From NCBI GenBank assembly GCA_964016885.1, contig OZ024742.1, forward strand, positions 362,576,001 to 362,640,000: a stretch of 64,000 bases of DNA, written 5' to 3'. The notes under the pieces were generated by a model, which did no database searches, was not told the DNA's origin, and saw only the letters and a program-made list of their open reading frames with translations. Shown piece by piece: positions 35,921 to 48,980 of this stretch. Source of the stretch: Eledone cirrhosa. Taxonomy: Eukaryota. The number at the start of each line of letters is the position of its first letter. Positions within the stretch are counted from its first letter, which is position 1. A program made the position numbers and the translations under genes.

Positions 35921-37697
35921 GTATTAATGTGTGTGTGTGTGTGAGTGTGTCTGTCTGTTAGTGTTAAGGTGTGTATATGTGTGTGTTAGTATTAAGGTGT
36001 GCGTGTGAGTGTGTCTGTATGTTAGTGTTAAGGTGTGTGTGAGTGTGTCTGTCTGTTAGTGTTAAGGTGTGTGTGTAAGTGTGTCTCTCGGTTAGTGTTA
36101 AGGTGTGTGCGCGAGTGTTTCTGTCTGTTAGTGTTAAGGTGTGTGTGTGTGTGTGTGTGTGTTAGTGTTAAGGTGTGTGTGTGAGTCTGTCTGTCTGTTA
36201 GTGTTAAGGTGTCTGTGTGAGTGTGTCTGTCAGTTAGTGTTAAGGTGTGTGTGTGTGTGTTTGTCTGTTAGAGTTAAGGTGTGTGTGTGAGTGTGCCTGT
36301 TTGTTAGTGTTAAGGTGTGTGTGTGAGTGTGTCTGTCTGTTATTGTTAAGGTGTGTCTGTGAGTGTGTCTGTCTATTAGTGTTAAGGTGTATGTGTGAGT
36401 GTGTCTGTCTGTTAGTGTTAAGGTGTGTGTGTGAATGTGTCTGTCTGTTAGTGTTAAGTTGTGTTGTGTGAGTGTGTCTGTCTGTTAGTGTTAAGGTGTG
36501 TGTGTGAATGTGTCTGTCTGTTAGTGTTAAGGTGTGTGTGTGAGTGTGTGTGTGTCTCAGTTAGTGTTAAGGTGTGTATGTGTAAGTGTGTCTGTCTGTT
36601 AGTCTTAAGGTGTATGTGTTAGTCTGTCTGTTAGTGTTAAGGTGTATGTGTGAGTGTGTTTGTGGGTGTGAGTTTGTGTTAAGGTGTGTATGTGTGTGTG
36701 TATGTGTGTCTGTCTGTTAGTGTTAATGTGTGTATGTGTGAGTGTGGCTATCTGTTAGTGTTAAGGTGTGTGTGTGAGTGTGTGTGTGTGTGTTAGTTAG
36801 TGTTAAGGTGTGTGTGTGAGTCTGTCTATCTGTTACTTTTAGGGTGTGTATGTGTGAGTGTGTCTGTCTGTTAGTGTTAAGGTGTATATGTGTATGTTTC
36901 TGTCTGCTAGTGTTAAGGTGTGTGTGTGTGTGTGTGTGTCTGTCTGTTAGTGTTAAGCTCGGTATGTGAGTGTGTCTGTCTGTTAGAGTTAAGGTGTGTG
37001 TGTGAGTGTGCCTGCGTGTGAGTGTTAAAGTGTGTGTGTGTGATGGTGTCTGTCTGTTAGTGTTAAGGTGTGTGTGAGTGTGTGTGGCTGTCTGTTAGTG
37101 TTAAGGTGTGTGTGAGTGTGTGTGTGTGTCAGTTAGTGTTAAGGTGTGTGTGTGTGTGTCTGTCTGTTAGTGTTAAGGTGTGTATGTGTGAGTGTGTCTG
37201 TCTGTTAGTTTTAAGGTGTGTATATGTGAGTGTGTCTGTCTGTTAGTGTTAAGGTGTGTATGTTTGTGTGTTTGTCTGGTAGTGTTAAGGTGTGTGTGTG
37301 TGTGTGTCTGTCTGTTAGTGTTAAGGTGTGTATGTGCGAGTGTGTCTGTCTGTTAGTGTTAAGGTGTATATGGGTGTGTGTCTGTCTGTTAGTGTTAAGG
37401 TCTGTGTGTGTGTGTGTGTCTGTCAGTTAGTGTTAAGGTGTGTATGTGTGAGTGTGTCTGTCTGTTAGTTTTAAGGTGTGTATGTGTGAGTGTGGCTGTC
37501 TGTTAGTGTTAAGGTGTGTGTGTGAGTGTGTCCGTCTGTTAGTGTTAAGGTGTATTGGGTGTGTGTCTGTCTGTTAGTGTTAAGGTGTGTGTGTGTGTGT
37601 GTCTGTCTGTTAGTGTTAAGGTGTGTGTGTGGTGAGTGTGAGTGTCTCTCAGTTACGGTTAAGGTGTGTGTGTGAGTGTGTCTGTCTGTTAGTGTTA

Positions 37698-37749
<52 letters not shown>

Positions 37750-40700
37750 GTGTGTGTGTGTGTTTTAGTGTTAAGGCGTGTGTGTCATTGTGTCTGTCTG
37801 TTTGTGTTAAGGTGTGTGTGTGAGTGTGTCCGTCTGTTAGTGTTAAGGTGTGTGTGTGAGTGTTTGTCTGTTAGTGTTACGGTGTGTGTGTGTGTGTGTA
37901 TGTCTGTCTATTAGTTTTATGGTGTGTGTGTGTGTGTTAGTGTTAAGGTGTGTGTGTGAGTGTGTCTGTCTGTTAGTGTTAAGGTGTGTATGTGTGTGTG
38001 TTAGTGTTAAGGTGTGTGTGTGAGTGTGTCTGTATGTTAGTGTTTAGGTGTGTGTGAGTGTGTCTGTCTGTTAGTGTTAAGGTGTGTGTGTGAATGTGTC
38101 TGTCTGTTAGTGTTAAGGTGTGTGTGTGAGTGTGTGTGTGTCTCAGTTAGTGTTAGGGTGTGTATATGTAAGTGTGTCTGTCTGTTAGTCTTAAGGTGTA
38201 TGTGTGAGTCTGTCTGTTAGTGTTAAGGTGTGTGTGTGAGTGTGTGTGTGTCGCAGTTAGTGTTAAGGTGTATATGTGATTGTGTCTGTCTGTTAGTGTT
38301 AAGGTGTGTGTGTGTGAGTGTGTCTGTCTGTTAGTGTTAAGGTGTGTATGTGTGAGTGTGTCTGCCTGTTAGTGTTAAGGTGTGTGTGTGAGTGTGTCTG
38401 TCTGTTAGTGTTAAGATGAGTGTGTGAGTGTGTCTCTCTGTTAGTGTTAAGGTGTGTGTGTGAGTGTGTCTGTCTGTTAGTGTTAAGGTGTGTGTGTGAG
38501 TGTGCCTGTCTGTTAGTGTTAAGGTGTGTGTGTGAGTGTGTATGTCTGTTAATGTTAAGGTGTGTATGTGTGAGTGTGTCTGTCTGTTAGTGTTAAGGTG
38601 TGTGTGTGTGTGTTAGTGTTAAGGTGTGTGTGTGAGTGTGTCTGTCTGTTATTGTTAAGGTGTGTGTGTGAGTGTGCCTGTCTGTTAGTCTTAAGGTGTG
38701 TGTGTGAGTGTGTCTGTCTGTTAGTATTAAGGTGTGTGTGTGTGAGTGTGTCTGTCTGTTAGTGTTAAGGTGTGTGTGTGTGTGTGTTAGTGTTAAGGTG
38801 TGTGTGTGAGTGTGTCTGTCTGTTATTGTTAAGGTGTGTGTGTGAGTGTGTCTGTCTGTTAGTATTAAGGTGTGTGTGTGAGTGTGTCTGTCTGTTAGTG
38901 TTAAGGTGTGTGTGTGAATGTGTCTGTCTGTTAGTGTTAAGGTGTGTGTGTGAATGTGTCTGTCTGTTAGTGTTAAGGTGTGTATGTGAGTGTGTGTGTG
39001 TGTCTCAGTTAGTGTTAAGGTGTGTATGTGTAAGTGTGTCTGTCTGTTAGTCTTAAGGTGTATGTGTGAGTCTGTCTGTTAGTGGTAAGGTGTATGTGTG
39101 AGTGTGTTTGTGTGTGTGAGTTTGTGTTAAGGTGTGTATGTGTGTCTGTGTGTGTCTGTCTGTTAAGGTGTGTGTGTGAGTGTGTCTGTCTGTTAGTGTT
39201 AAGGTGTGTGTGTGAGTGTGTCTGTCAGTTAGTGTTAAGGTGTGTATGTGTGAGTGTGTCTGCCTGTTAGTGTTAAGGTGTGTATGTGTGAGTGTGGCTG
39301 TCTGTTAGTGTTAAGGTGTGTGTGTGAGTGTGTCTGTCTGTTAGTTTTAAGGTGTGTACGTGTGAGTGTGTCTGTCTGTTAGTTTCAAAATGTGTATGTG
39401 TGAGTGTGTCAGCCTGTTAGTGTTAAGGTGTATATGTGAGTGTGTCTGTCTGTTAGTGATAAGGTGTGTGTGTGTTAGTGTGTCTGTCTGTTAGTGTTAA
39501 GGTGTGCATGTGTGAGTGTGTTTGCCTGTTAGTGTTAAGGTGTGTGTGTGAGTGTGTCTGTCTGTTAGTGTTAAGGTGTGTATGTGTGAGTGTGGCTGTC
39601 TGTTAGTGTTAAGGTGTGTATGTGTGTGTGTTAGTGTTAAGGTGTGTCTGTGAGTGTGTCTGTCTGTTAGTGTTAAGTTGTGTGTGTGAGTGTGTCTCTC
39701 TGTTAGTGTTAAGGTGTGTGTGTGAGTGTGTCTGTCTGTTAGTGTTAAGGTGTGTGTGTGAGTGTGTCTGTCTGTTAGTGTTAAGGTGTGTGTGTGTGAG
39801 TGTTAGTGTTAAGGTGCTTGTGTGAGTGTGTCTGTCTGTTAGTGTTAAGGTGTGTGTGTGAGTGTGTCTGTCTGTTAGTGTTAAGTTATGTGTGTGTGTG
39901 TGTCTGTCAGTTAGTGCTAAGGTGTGTGTGTGAGTGTGTCTGTCTGTTAGTGTTAAGGTGTGTGTGTGTGAGTGTTAGTGTTTAAGGTGCTTGTGTGAGT
40001 GTGTCTGTCGGTTAGAGTTAAGGTGTGTGTGTGAATGTGTCTGTTTGTTAGTGTTAAGGTGTGTGTGTGAATGGGTCTGTCTGTTATTGTTAAGGTGTGT
40101 GTGTGAGTGTGCCTGTTTGTTAGTGTGAAGGTGTGTGTGTGAGTGTGTCTGTCTGTTATTGTTAAGGTGTGTGTGTGAGTGTGTCTGTCTGTTAGTGTTA
40201 AGGTGTGTGTGTGAGTGTGTCTGTCTGTTAGTGTTAAGGTGTGTGTGTGAGTGTGTCTGTCTGTTAGTGTTAAGGTGTGTGTGTGTGAGTGTTAGTGTTA
40301 AGGTGCTTGTGTGAGTGTGTCTGTCGGTTAGAGTTAAGGTGTGTGTGTGAATGTGTCTGTTTGTTAGTGTTAAGTTGTGTGTGTGAATGGGTCTGTCTGT
40401 TATTGTTAAGGTGTGTGTGTGAGTGTGCCTGTTTGTTAGTGTGAAGGTGTGTGTGTGAGTGTGTCTGTCTGTTATTGTTAAGGTGTGTGTGTGAGTGTGT
40501 CTGTCTGTTAGTGTTAAGGTGTGTGTGTGAATGTGTCTGTCTGTTAGTGTTAAGGTGTGTGTGTGAATGTGTCTGTCTGTTAGTGTTAAGGTGTGTGTGT
40601 GAGTGTGTGTGTCTCTCAGTTAGTGTTAAGGTGTGTATGTGTAAGTGTGTCTGTCTGTTAGTCTTAAGGTGTATGTGTGAGTGTGTTTGTGTGTGTGAGT

Positions 40701-42358
40701 TTGTGTTAAGGTGTGTATGTGTGTGTCTGTCTGTTAAGGTGTGTGTGTGAGTGTGTCTGCCTGTTAGTGTTAAGGTGTGTGTGTGAGTGTGTCTGTCGGT
40801 TAGAGTTAAGGTGTGTGTGTGAGTGTGTCTGTCTGTTATTGTTAAGGTGTGTGTGTGAGTGTGCCTGTTTGTTAGTGTGAAGGTGTGCGTGTGAGTGTGT
40901 CTGTCTGTTATTGTTAAGGTGTGTGTGTGAGTTTGTCTGTCTGTTACTGTTAAGGTGTGTGTGTGTGAGTGTGTCTGTCTGTTAGTGTTAAGGTGTGTGA
41001 GTGTGTGTGTCTGTCTGTTAGTGTTAAGGTGTGTATGTGTGAGTGTGTCTGTCTGTTAGTTTTAAGGTGTGTATATGTGAGTGTGTCTGTCTGTTAATGT
41101 TAAGGTGTGTATGTGTGTGTGTCTGTCTGGTAGAGTTAAGGTGTGTGTGTGTGTGTGTCTGTCTGTTAGTGTTAAGGTGTGTATGCGTGAGTGTGTCTGT
41201 CTGTTAGTGTTAAGGTGTATATGGGTGTGTGTCTGTATGTTAGTGTTAAGGTGTGTGTGTGTGTGTGTGTGTGTCTGTCTGTCAGTTAGTGTTAAGGTGT
41301 GTATGTGTGAGTGTGTGTGTGTGTCAGTTAGTGTTAAAGTGTGTGTGTGAGTGTGTTTGTCTGTTAATTTTAAGGTGTGTATCTGTGTGTGTTAGTGTCA
41401 AGGTGTGTGTGAGTGTGTCTGTCTGTTAGTGTTAAGGTGTGTATGTGTGTGTGTCTGTCTGTTAGTGTTAAGGTGTGTGTGTGGTGAGTGTGTGTGTGTC
41501 TCAGTTAGTGTTAAGGTGTGTGTGTGAGTGTGTCTGTCTGTTATTGTTAAGGTGTGTGTGTGAGTGTGCCTGTTTGTTAGTGTGAAGGTGTGTGTGTGAG
41601 TGTGTCTGTCTGTTATTGTTAAGGTGTGTGTGTGAGTTTGTCTGTCTGTTAGTGTTAAGGTGTGTGTGTGTGAGTGTGTCTGTCTGTTAGTGTTAAGGTG
41701 TGTGAGTGTGTGTGTCTGTCTGTTAGTGTTAAGGTGTGTGAGTGTGTGTGTCTGTCTGTTAGTGTTAAGGTGTGTATGTGTGAGTGTGTCTGTTTGTTAG
41801 TTTTAAGGTGTGTATATGTGAGTGTGTCTGTCTGTTAATGTTAAGGTGTGTATGTGTGTGTGTCTGTCTGGTAGAGTTAAGGTGTGTGTGTGTGTGTGTC
41901 TGTCTGTTAGTGTTAAGGTGTGTATGTGTGAGTGTGTCTGTCTGTTAGTGTTAAGGTGTATATGGGAGTGTGTCTGTCTGTTAGTGTTAAGGTGTGTGTG
42001 TGTGTGTGTGTGTCTGTCTGTCAGTTAGTGTTAAGGTGTGTATGTGTGAGTGTGTGTGTGTGTCAGTTAGTGTTAAAGTGTGTGTGTGAGTGTGTTTGTC
42101 TGTTAATGTTAAGGTGTGTATCTGTGTGTGTTAGTGTCAAGGTGTGTGTGAGTGTGTCTGTCTGTTAGTGTTAAGGTGTGTATGTGTGTGTGTCTGTCTG
42201 TTAGTGTTAAGGTGTCTGTGTGGTGAGTGTGTGTGTGTCTCAGTTAGTGTTAAGGTGTGTGTGTGAGTGTGTCTGTCTGTTAGTGTCAAGGTGTGTGTGT
42301 GAGTGTTTGTCTGTTAGTGTTAAGGTGTGTGTGAGTGTATGTCTGTCTATTAGTGTTA

Positions 42359-42396
<38 letters not shown>

Positions 42397-44272
42397 GTAT
42401 TAATGTGTGTGTGTGTGTGAGTGTGTCTGTCTGTTAGTGTTAAGGTGTGTATATGTGTGTGTTAGTATTAAGGTGTGCGTGTGAGTGTGTCTGTATGTTA
42501 GTGTTAAGGTGTGTGTGAGTGTGTCTGTCTGTTAGTGTTAAGGTGTGTGTGTAAGTGTGTCTCTCGGTTAGTGTTAAGGTGTGTGCGCGAGTGTTTCTGT
42601 CTGTTAGTGTTAAGGTGTGTGTGTGTGTGTGTGTGTGTTAGTGTTAAGGTGTGTGTGTGAGTCTGTCTGTCTGTTAGTGTTAAGGTGTCTGTGTGAGTGT
42701 GTCTGTCAGTTAGTGTTAAGGTGTGTGTGTGTGTGTTTGTCTGTTAGAGTTAAGGTGTGTGTGTGAGTGTGCCTGTTTGTTAGTGTGAAGGTGTGCGTGT
42801 GAGTGTGTCTGTCTGTTATTGTTAAGGTGTGTGTGTGAGTTTGTCTGTCTGTTACTGTTAAGGTGTGTGTGTGTGAGTGTGTCTGTCTGTTAGTGTTAAG
42901 GTGTGTGAGTGTGTGTGTCTGTCTGTTAGTGTTAAGGTGTGTATGTGTGAGTGTGTCTGTCTGTTAGTTTTAAGGTGTGTATATGTGAGTGTGTCTGTCT
43001 GTTAATGTTAAGGTGTGTATGTGTGTGTGTCTGTCTGGTAGAGTTAAGGTGTGTGTGTGTGTGTGTCTGTCTGTTAGTGTTAAGGTGTGTATGCGTGAGT
43101 GTGTCTGTCTGTTAGTGTTAAGGTGTATATGGGTGTGTGTCTGTATGTTAGTGTTAAGGTGTGTGTGTGTGTGTGTGTGTGTCTGTCTGTCAGTTAGTGT
43201 TAAGGTGTGTATGTGTGAGTGTGTGTGTGTGTCAGTTAGTGTTAAAGTGTGTGTGTGAGTGTGTTTGTCTGTTAATGTTAAGGTGTGTATCTGTGTGTGT
43301 TAGTGTCAAGGTGTGTGTGAGTGTGTCTGTCTGTTAGTGTTAAGGTGTGTATGTGTGTGTGTCTGTCTGTTAGTGTTAAGGTGTGTGTGTGGTGAGTGTG
43401 TGTGTGTCTCAGTTAGTGTTAAGGTGTGTGTGTGAGTGTGTCTGTCTGTTATTGTTAAGGTGTGTGTGTGAGTGTGCCTGTTTGTTAGTGTGAAGGTGTG
43501 TGTGTGAGTGTGTCTGTCTGTTATTGTTAAGGTGTGTGTGTGAGTTTGTCTGTCTGTTAGTGTTAAGGTGTGTGTGTGTGAGTGTGTCTGTCTGTTAGTG
43601 TTAAGGTGTGTGAGTGTGTGTGTCTGTCTGTTAGTGTTAAGGTGTGTGAGTGTGTGTGTCTGTCTGTTAGTGTTAAGGTGTGTATGTGTGAGTGTGTCTG
43701 TTTGTTAGTTTTAAGGTGTGTATATGTGAGTGTGTCTGTCTGTTAATGTTAAGGTGTGTATGTGTGTGTGTCTGTCTGGTAGAGTTAAGGTGTGTGTGTG
43801 TGTGTGTCTGTCTGTTAGTGTTAAGGTGTGTATGTGTGAGTGTGTCTGTCTGTTAGTGTTAAGGTGTATATGGGAGTGTGTCTGTCTGTTAGTGTTAAGG
43901 TGTGTGTGTGTGTGTGTGTGTGTGTGTCTGTCTGTCAGTTAGTGTTAAGGTGTGTATGTGTGAGTGTGTGTGTGTGTCAGTTAGTGTTAAAGTGTGTGTG
44001 TGAGTGTGTTTGTCTGTTAATGTTAAGGTGTGTATCTGTGTGTGTTAGTGTCAAGGTGTGTGTGAGTGTGTCTGTCTGTTAGTGTTAAGGTGTGTATGTG
44101 TGTGTGTCTGTCTGTTAGTGTTAAGGTGTCTGTGTGGTGAGTGTGTGTGTGTCTCAGTTAGTGTTAAGGTGTGTGTGTGAGTGTGTCTGTCTGTTAGTGT
44201 TAAGGTGTGTGTGTGAGTGTTTGTCTGTTAGTGTTAAGGTGTGTGTGAGTGTATGTCTGTCTATTAGTGTTA

Positions 44273-44310
<38 letters not shown>

Positions 44311-44947
44311 GTATTAATGTGTGTGTGTGTGTGAGTGTGTCTGTCTGTTAGTGTTAAGGTGTGTATATGTGTGTGTTAGTATTAAGGTGTGCGTGTGAGT
44401 GTGTCTGTATGTTAGTGTTAAGGTGTGTGTGAGTGTGTCTGTCTGTTAGTGTTAAGGTGTGTGTGTAAGTGTGTCTCTCGGTTAGTGTTAAGGTGTGTGC
44501 GCGAGTGTTTCTGTCTGTTAGTGTTAAGGTGTGTATGTGTGTGTGTGTGTGTGCTAGTGTCAATGTGTGTGTGTGAGTGTGTCTGTCTGTTAGTGTTAAG
44601 GTGTGTGTGTGAGTGTATCTGTCTGTTAGAGTTAAGGTGTGTGTGTGAGTGTGCCTGTCTGTTAGTGTTAAGGTGTATGTGTGAGTGTGTATGTCTGTTA
44701 GTGTTAAGGTGTGTATGTGTGAGTGTGTCTGTCTGTTAGTGTTAAGGTGTGTCTGTGTGTGTCAGTGTTAAGGGGTGTGTCAGTGTGTCTGTCTGTTAGT
44801 GTTGAGGTGTGTATGTGTGTGTGTGTTAGTGCTAAGGTGTATGTGTGAGTGTGTCTGTCTGTTAGTGTTAAGGTGTGTGTGTGAGTGTGTCACTCTGTTA
44901 GTGTTAAGGTGTGTATGTGTGAGTGTGTCTGTCTGTTAGAGTTAAGG
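22834..44947. repeat. ~22-kb satellite of a ~36-bp unit GTTAGTGTTAAG(GT)nGAGTGTGTCTGTCT with higher-order duplications
   Basis: Core GTTAGTGTTAAGG recurs throughout. Diagnostic variant blocks recur at offsets of ~2.94-2.98 kb, 1425, ~7.9 kb, 6482 and 1908 bp, visible as repeated pseudo-ORFs in the track. Confidence 0.98.
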
Positions 44948-45596
44948 GATATAATACTGCTGCCCCTCCATAGTCCAACGGACAGGAATTTTGTAAATTA
45001 TGTAATATGGAATTATTTTGTATTATGAAATCCAAAAACATTTTATTAAATTACAGAATAGAGCGATCGTTATACTGTAAGCATCGCTTAAAATCTACAT
45101 TTTCATATTACAAATACTACCAGGATTGAACGCCTGTCTCCATCTCCGTTTGATTGTCAAAATACATATTAACATTCTCTATTTTTCTTAATTCTATCAA
45201 CTCTTCTATTATTTACCATTTAATATAAACTGCTATAGATAAAATGAGATTTCTTAATTCAATTCCCTAATGCATATACCAGCTGGCATTGATGTTATTC
45301 AGTAGTAGTCGAAATCTCCCCCTTCCTTAATTGACACTTTATAATTAATACTACTACACCAAATGACCAGCCCTGTCCATTGTTCAATTGGTCAAGTATA
45401 GATTAAAATAGGCACTCCCAAAAATTCTTATTTAGATAAAATAAACCATTTACTCATTGTATTCTCATTAGATACCCTTCATATTCTTGTTTAGCAGTAA
45501 ATTGAATTACCATCTGTCATATACTCTCCCCTCTCTTCTTCCTCTATTACAACTAATATAAATACGTCAACTTTTCTGATTTTTTCCAATTTATCC

Positions 45597-45720
45597 AAAA
45601 TCTCTGAAGAAGTGACAACTGATTATACATTTGCTATCGAATACATGCTAACATTATATGATTACGCAAGCAGCGATACATAGGTATTCCGTCTGTTACA
45701 GAAACATATGTCAATACCTA
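45597..45720 (+). ncRNA. Degenerate type I hammerhead motif with ~90-nt stem II region
   Basis: CTGAAGA at 45604; stem II base GTGACA/TGTTAC; GAAA-CATATG-TC at 45701-45712 (palindromic stem III). Stem I is poorly paired. Confidence 0.45.
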
Positions 45721-45828
45721 ATAAATTCCTTTTTAAAAAAAGCACTTTCATTTTATATTCATCTTTTCTATATATATATATATATACAATTTATTAACAA
45801 ATGGAAACTATATTTATAAAACCATATT

Positions 45829-45895
45829 TATTTTATTATACATATTTCAAGGGCCACCAAGGCAAATTATGGTGCGCTTTCATCAGATGAAATAC
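45829..45895 (-). ncRNA. Inverted copy of the same hammerhead ribozyme (one stem I mismatch)
   Basis: TCATCAG at 45880-45886 and TTTC at 45845-45848 in the left foldback arm. Confidence 0.65.
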
Positions 45896-46062
45896 AATAC
45901 AGATTTGTTTTATAAATAAATATTGACATACCCTGACAAAATGCAACCTTAACGGTTGGAGCTTCCTGGACAGTCAAGCTCCAACCGTTAGGAAGCTCCA
46001 ACCGTTAAGGTTGTCTTTTTTCAGGGTATGTCAATATTTATTTATAAAACAAATCTGTATTG

Positions 46063-46128
46063 TATTTTATCTGATGAAAGCGCACCATAATTTGCCTTGG
46101 TGGCCCTTGAAATATGTATAATAAAATA
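46063..46128 (+). ncRNA. Type I hammerhead ribozyme (intact core)
   Basis: Stem I TATTTTAT/ATAAAATA; CTGATGA 46071-77; stem II AAG.GCACCA/TGGTG.C.CTT; GAAA 46109-12; near-palindromic stem III A-TATGTA-T; predicted cleavage after A46120. Confidence 0.75.
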
Positions 46129-46261
46129 AATATGGTTTTATAAATATAGTTTCCATTTGATAATATATTGTATATTTACTCCACTAACTTGTTGAGTGCT
46201 TTATATCAGTTATAACATTTTTTAAGCATGTTGAATCCCAACAAATTAAATATAACATCTG

Positions 46262-46523
<262 letters not shown>

Positions 46524-46910
46524 ACTAATAACTAAATGGGTACGCTCTGAATCACGGACTGATGGTCGGAAGTGCAAGTCCCGTGGATTTATTGAGCGAG
46601 TGGCACAGTTCAACGTACTTTCACAAACTCAGTTTGTCTAGATTTATACGTTGCATAGTTTTTGTGCATGCAGTTCGGGCAGTGTTCAGAGAGTTTGTTC
46701 CGTGTCGGGCACTTGGAAAATAGTATTTCATAGCTCTTCAAAATACATAGGTCTCAACACGTGTGTCCTCCTATGTATGAGCGATTTCTCTGGAGTAATT
46801 TCCATTTGAGCATGAAAAGGCTGGAGTTCCTTTTGAAGTCCCAGACAGGTTCTTCTCCTCGAATGAGCAAGTCTCTTCATTTCATGTAGCTGCAGTTTCA
46901 GGAATTTAAG

Positions 46911-46964
<54 letters not shown>

Positions 46965-46970
<6 letters not shown>

Positions 46971-48268
46971 TATTTTGAGTTAGAAACTCAAAATAGTCTT
47001 TTACAATTAAATAGCTCAAAGAAGGGAATCTTTCCGAGCCGTGTAATACAATTGAATATATGAGAGGGATGAATACCAATACAAGTATACATGTATTCCA
47101 ATTATAAATGACAAAGTTATCTAGGTTGAAAAATACTAATTTAAAATATTATGGTTTGCCTGACTCGATTTAATATAATAAATAAATAAAAATAACAAAC
47201 CTATGTTGGGCAATCGCCGTTTGATACCCGGACAGATCTAAATCTGTTTCGCAACAATTATTAAGTGAAAGTCACTAATCCTGTGCTCTTCTGTGGGTAT
47301 CCAGGAAATTCGTACGTTTCACTTCAAAAGATTTAAGAAGACTGAATCTATGTGTTGTTGAACGCACATGTCACAGCGCCTAACGCGTCTCATACTCGTG
47401 CCGCTAAAAATAGTAGCCGGTTTTATGGGACTAAAGTTAGCTCTACTTATGGAGCCGAGAATATCATATATTGAGTTAGAAACTGAAAATAGTTTTTTTA
47501 CAATTAAATAGCTCAAAGAAGGGAATCTTTCCGAGCCGTGTAATACAATTGAATATATAATGATTTATTATATTAAATCGAGTCAGGCAAACCATATTGT
47601 TTTAAATTAGTATTTTTCAACCTAGCTAACTTGGTCATTTACAATTCGAACACATGTATACTTGTACTGGTGTTCATCCCTCTCATATATTCAATTGTAT
47701 TACACGGCTCGGAAAGATTCCCTTCTTTGAGCTATTTAATTGTAAAAGACTATTTTGAGTTTATAATATATGATATTCTCGGCTCCATAAGTAGAGCTAA
47801 CTTTAGTCCCATAAAACCGGCTACTATTTTTAGCAGCACGAGTATGAGACGCGTTAGGCGCTGTGACATGTGCGTTCAACAACACATAGATTCAGTCTTC
47901 TTAAATCTTTTGAAGTGAAACGTACGAATTTCCTGGATACCCGCAGAAGAGCACAGGATTAGTGACTTTCACTTAATTGTTGCGAACAGATTTAGATCTG
48001 TCCGGGTATCAAACGGCGATTGCCCAACATAGGTTTGTTATTTTTATTGATTTATTATATCAAATCGAGTCAGGCAAACCATATTGTTTTAAATTAGTAT
48101 TTTTCAACCTAGCTAACTTGGTCATTTACAATTAGAACACATGTATACTTGTATTGGTGTTCATCTCGCTCATATATTCAATTGTATTACACGGCTCGGA
48201 AAGATTCCCTTCTTTGAGCTATTTAATTGTAAAAGACTATTTTGAGTTTCTAACTCAAAATATGATAT
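46965..48268. mobile_element. ~496-bp unit arranged as partial tandem + inverted partial tandem (pLTR-like foldback)
   Basis: The unit starts at 46965 and restarts at 47461. From ~47562 the sequence is the reverse complement (47563-47760 of ~46985-47200; 47768-48268 of 46965-47470). The same pseudo-ORF appears on both strands (47319-47516 minus, 47631-47918 plus). Confidence 0.8.
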
Positions 48269-48271
48269 ATA

Positions 48272-48980
48272 AAGGGATGCAGAACAATTATATGAATGAC
48301 GTAAAATAAGAAAATTATAAAAATTAACTAACATATAATTGTTCTGCATCCCCTTGCATTGAACCACAAAGTTACTAAGACAAAACCTATATATTTGCTA
48401 GCATAGGTATGCATCTGTATATATATGTTGGTAGATATACTAATTCTTTATAATTAACTCCACATTATTTTGTTGAGCAAAAATTTTCTAAAACTGCTAC
48501 TATAGTTCATAGTAATGGCTTGGCGACTGTCTTTTTAACACCCCACTCCTCACTGATTAACCTCGATGTCAAGTGATTGATTCTTTTGAATTTGCCACCG
48601 ACCAAGTAGGCAGTGATTTTTTTAATGTCTTGGAATTTAGTCCACGCTTGCTTTTTTCCATCCACTGAATTATTTTAGTATAAGTGCCCTGTGTCCACGC
48701 ATCGCCAGGTATCTTAGCCGAGAACAGACTTCCTGATGACGAAACGGCTTCTCCATACTTTCCTTTTGGAAACCATGTTTATTACCTTACCTTTCAGAAA
48801 CTAATTAGTTGGAGTGAAATTTTAGTAAGTAATTTAATTTTTACAATTTTCTTATTTTACGTCATTCATATAATTGTTCTGCATCCCCTAGCATTGAACC
48901 ACAAAGTTACTAAGACAAAACCTATATATTTGCTAGCATAGGTATGCATCTGTATATACATGTTGGTAGATATACTAATT

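Larger units (their letters stand above)
45782..46175. repeat. Foldback: ~186-bp inverted arms with 22-bp spacer, each arm carrying a hammerhead
   Basis: 45782-45967 is the reverse complement of 45990-46175 with few mismatches; the spacer contains a partial duplicate AAGCTCCAACCGTT. Confidence 0.95.

Noticed and set aside
23193-44739. Dozens of Cys/Val-rich ORFs (metallothionein-like appearance)
   Set aside because: Translations of the GT-rich satellite, mostly from non-ATG starts.
47010-47050. CTCAAAGAAGGGAATCTTTCCGAGCCGTGTA as a decayed hammerhead
   Set aside because: Both core boxes deviate at several positions in all four copies and stem I is absent.
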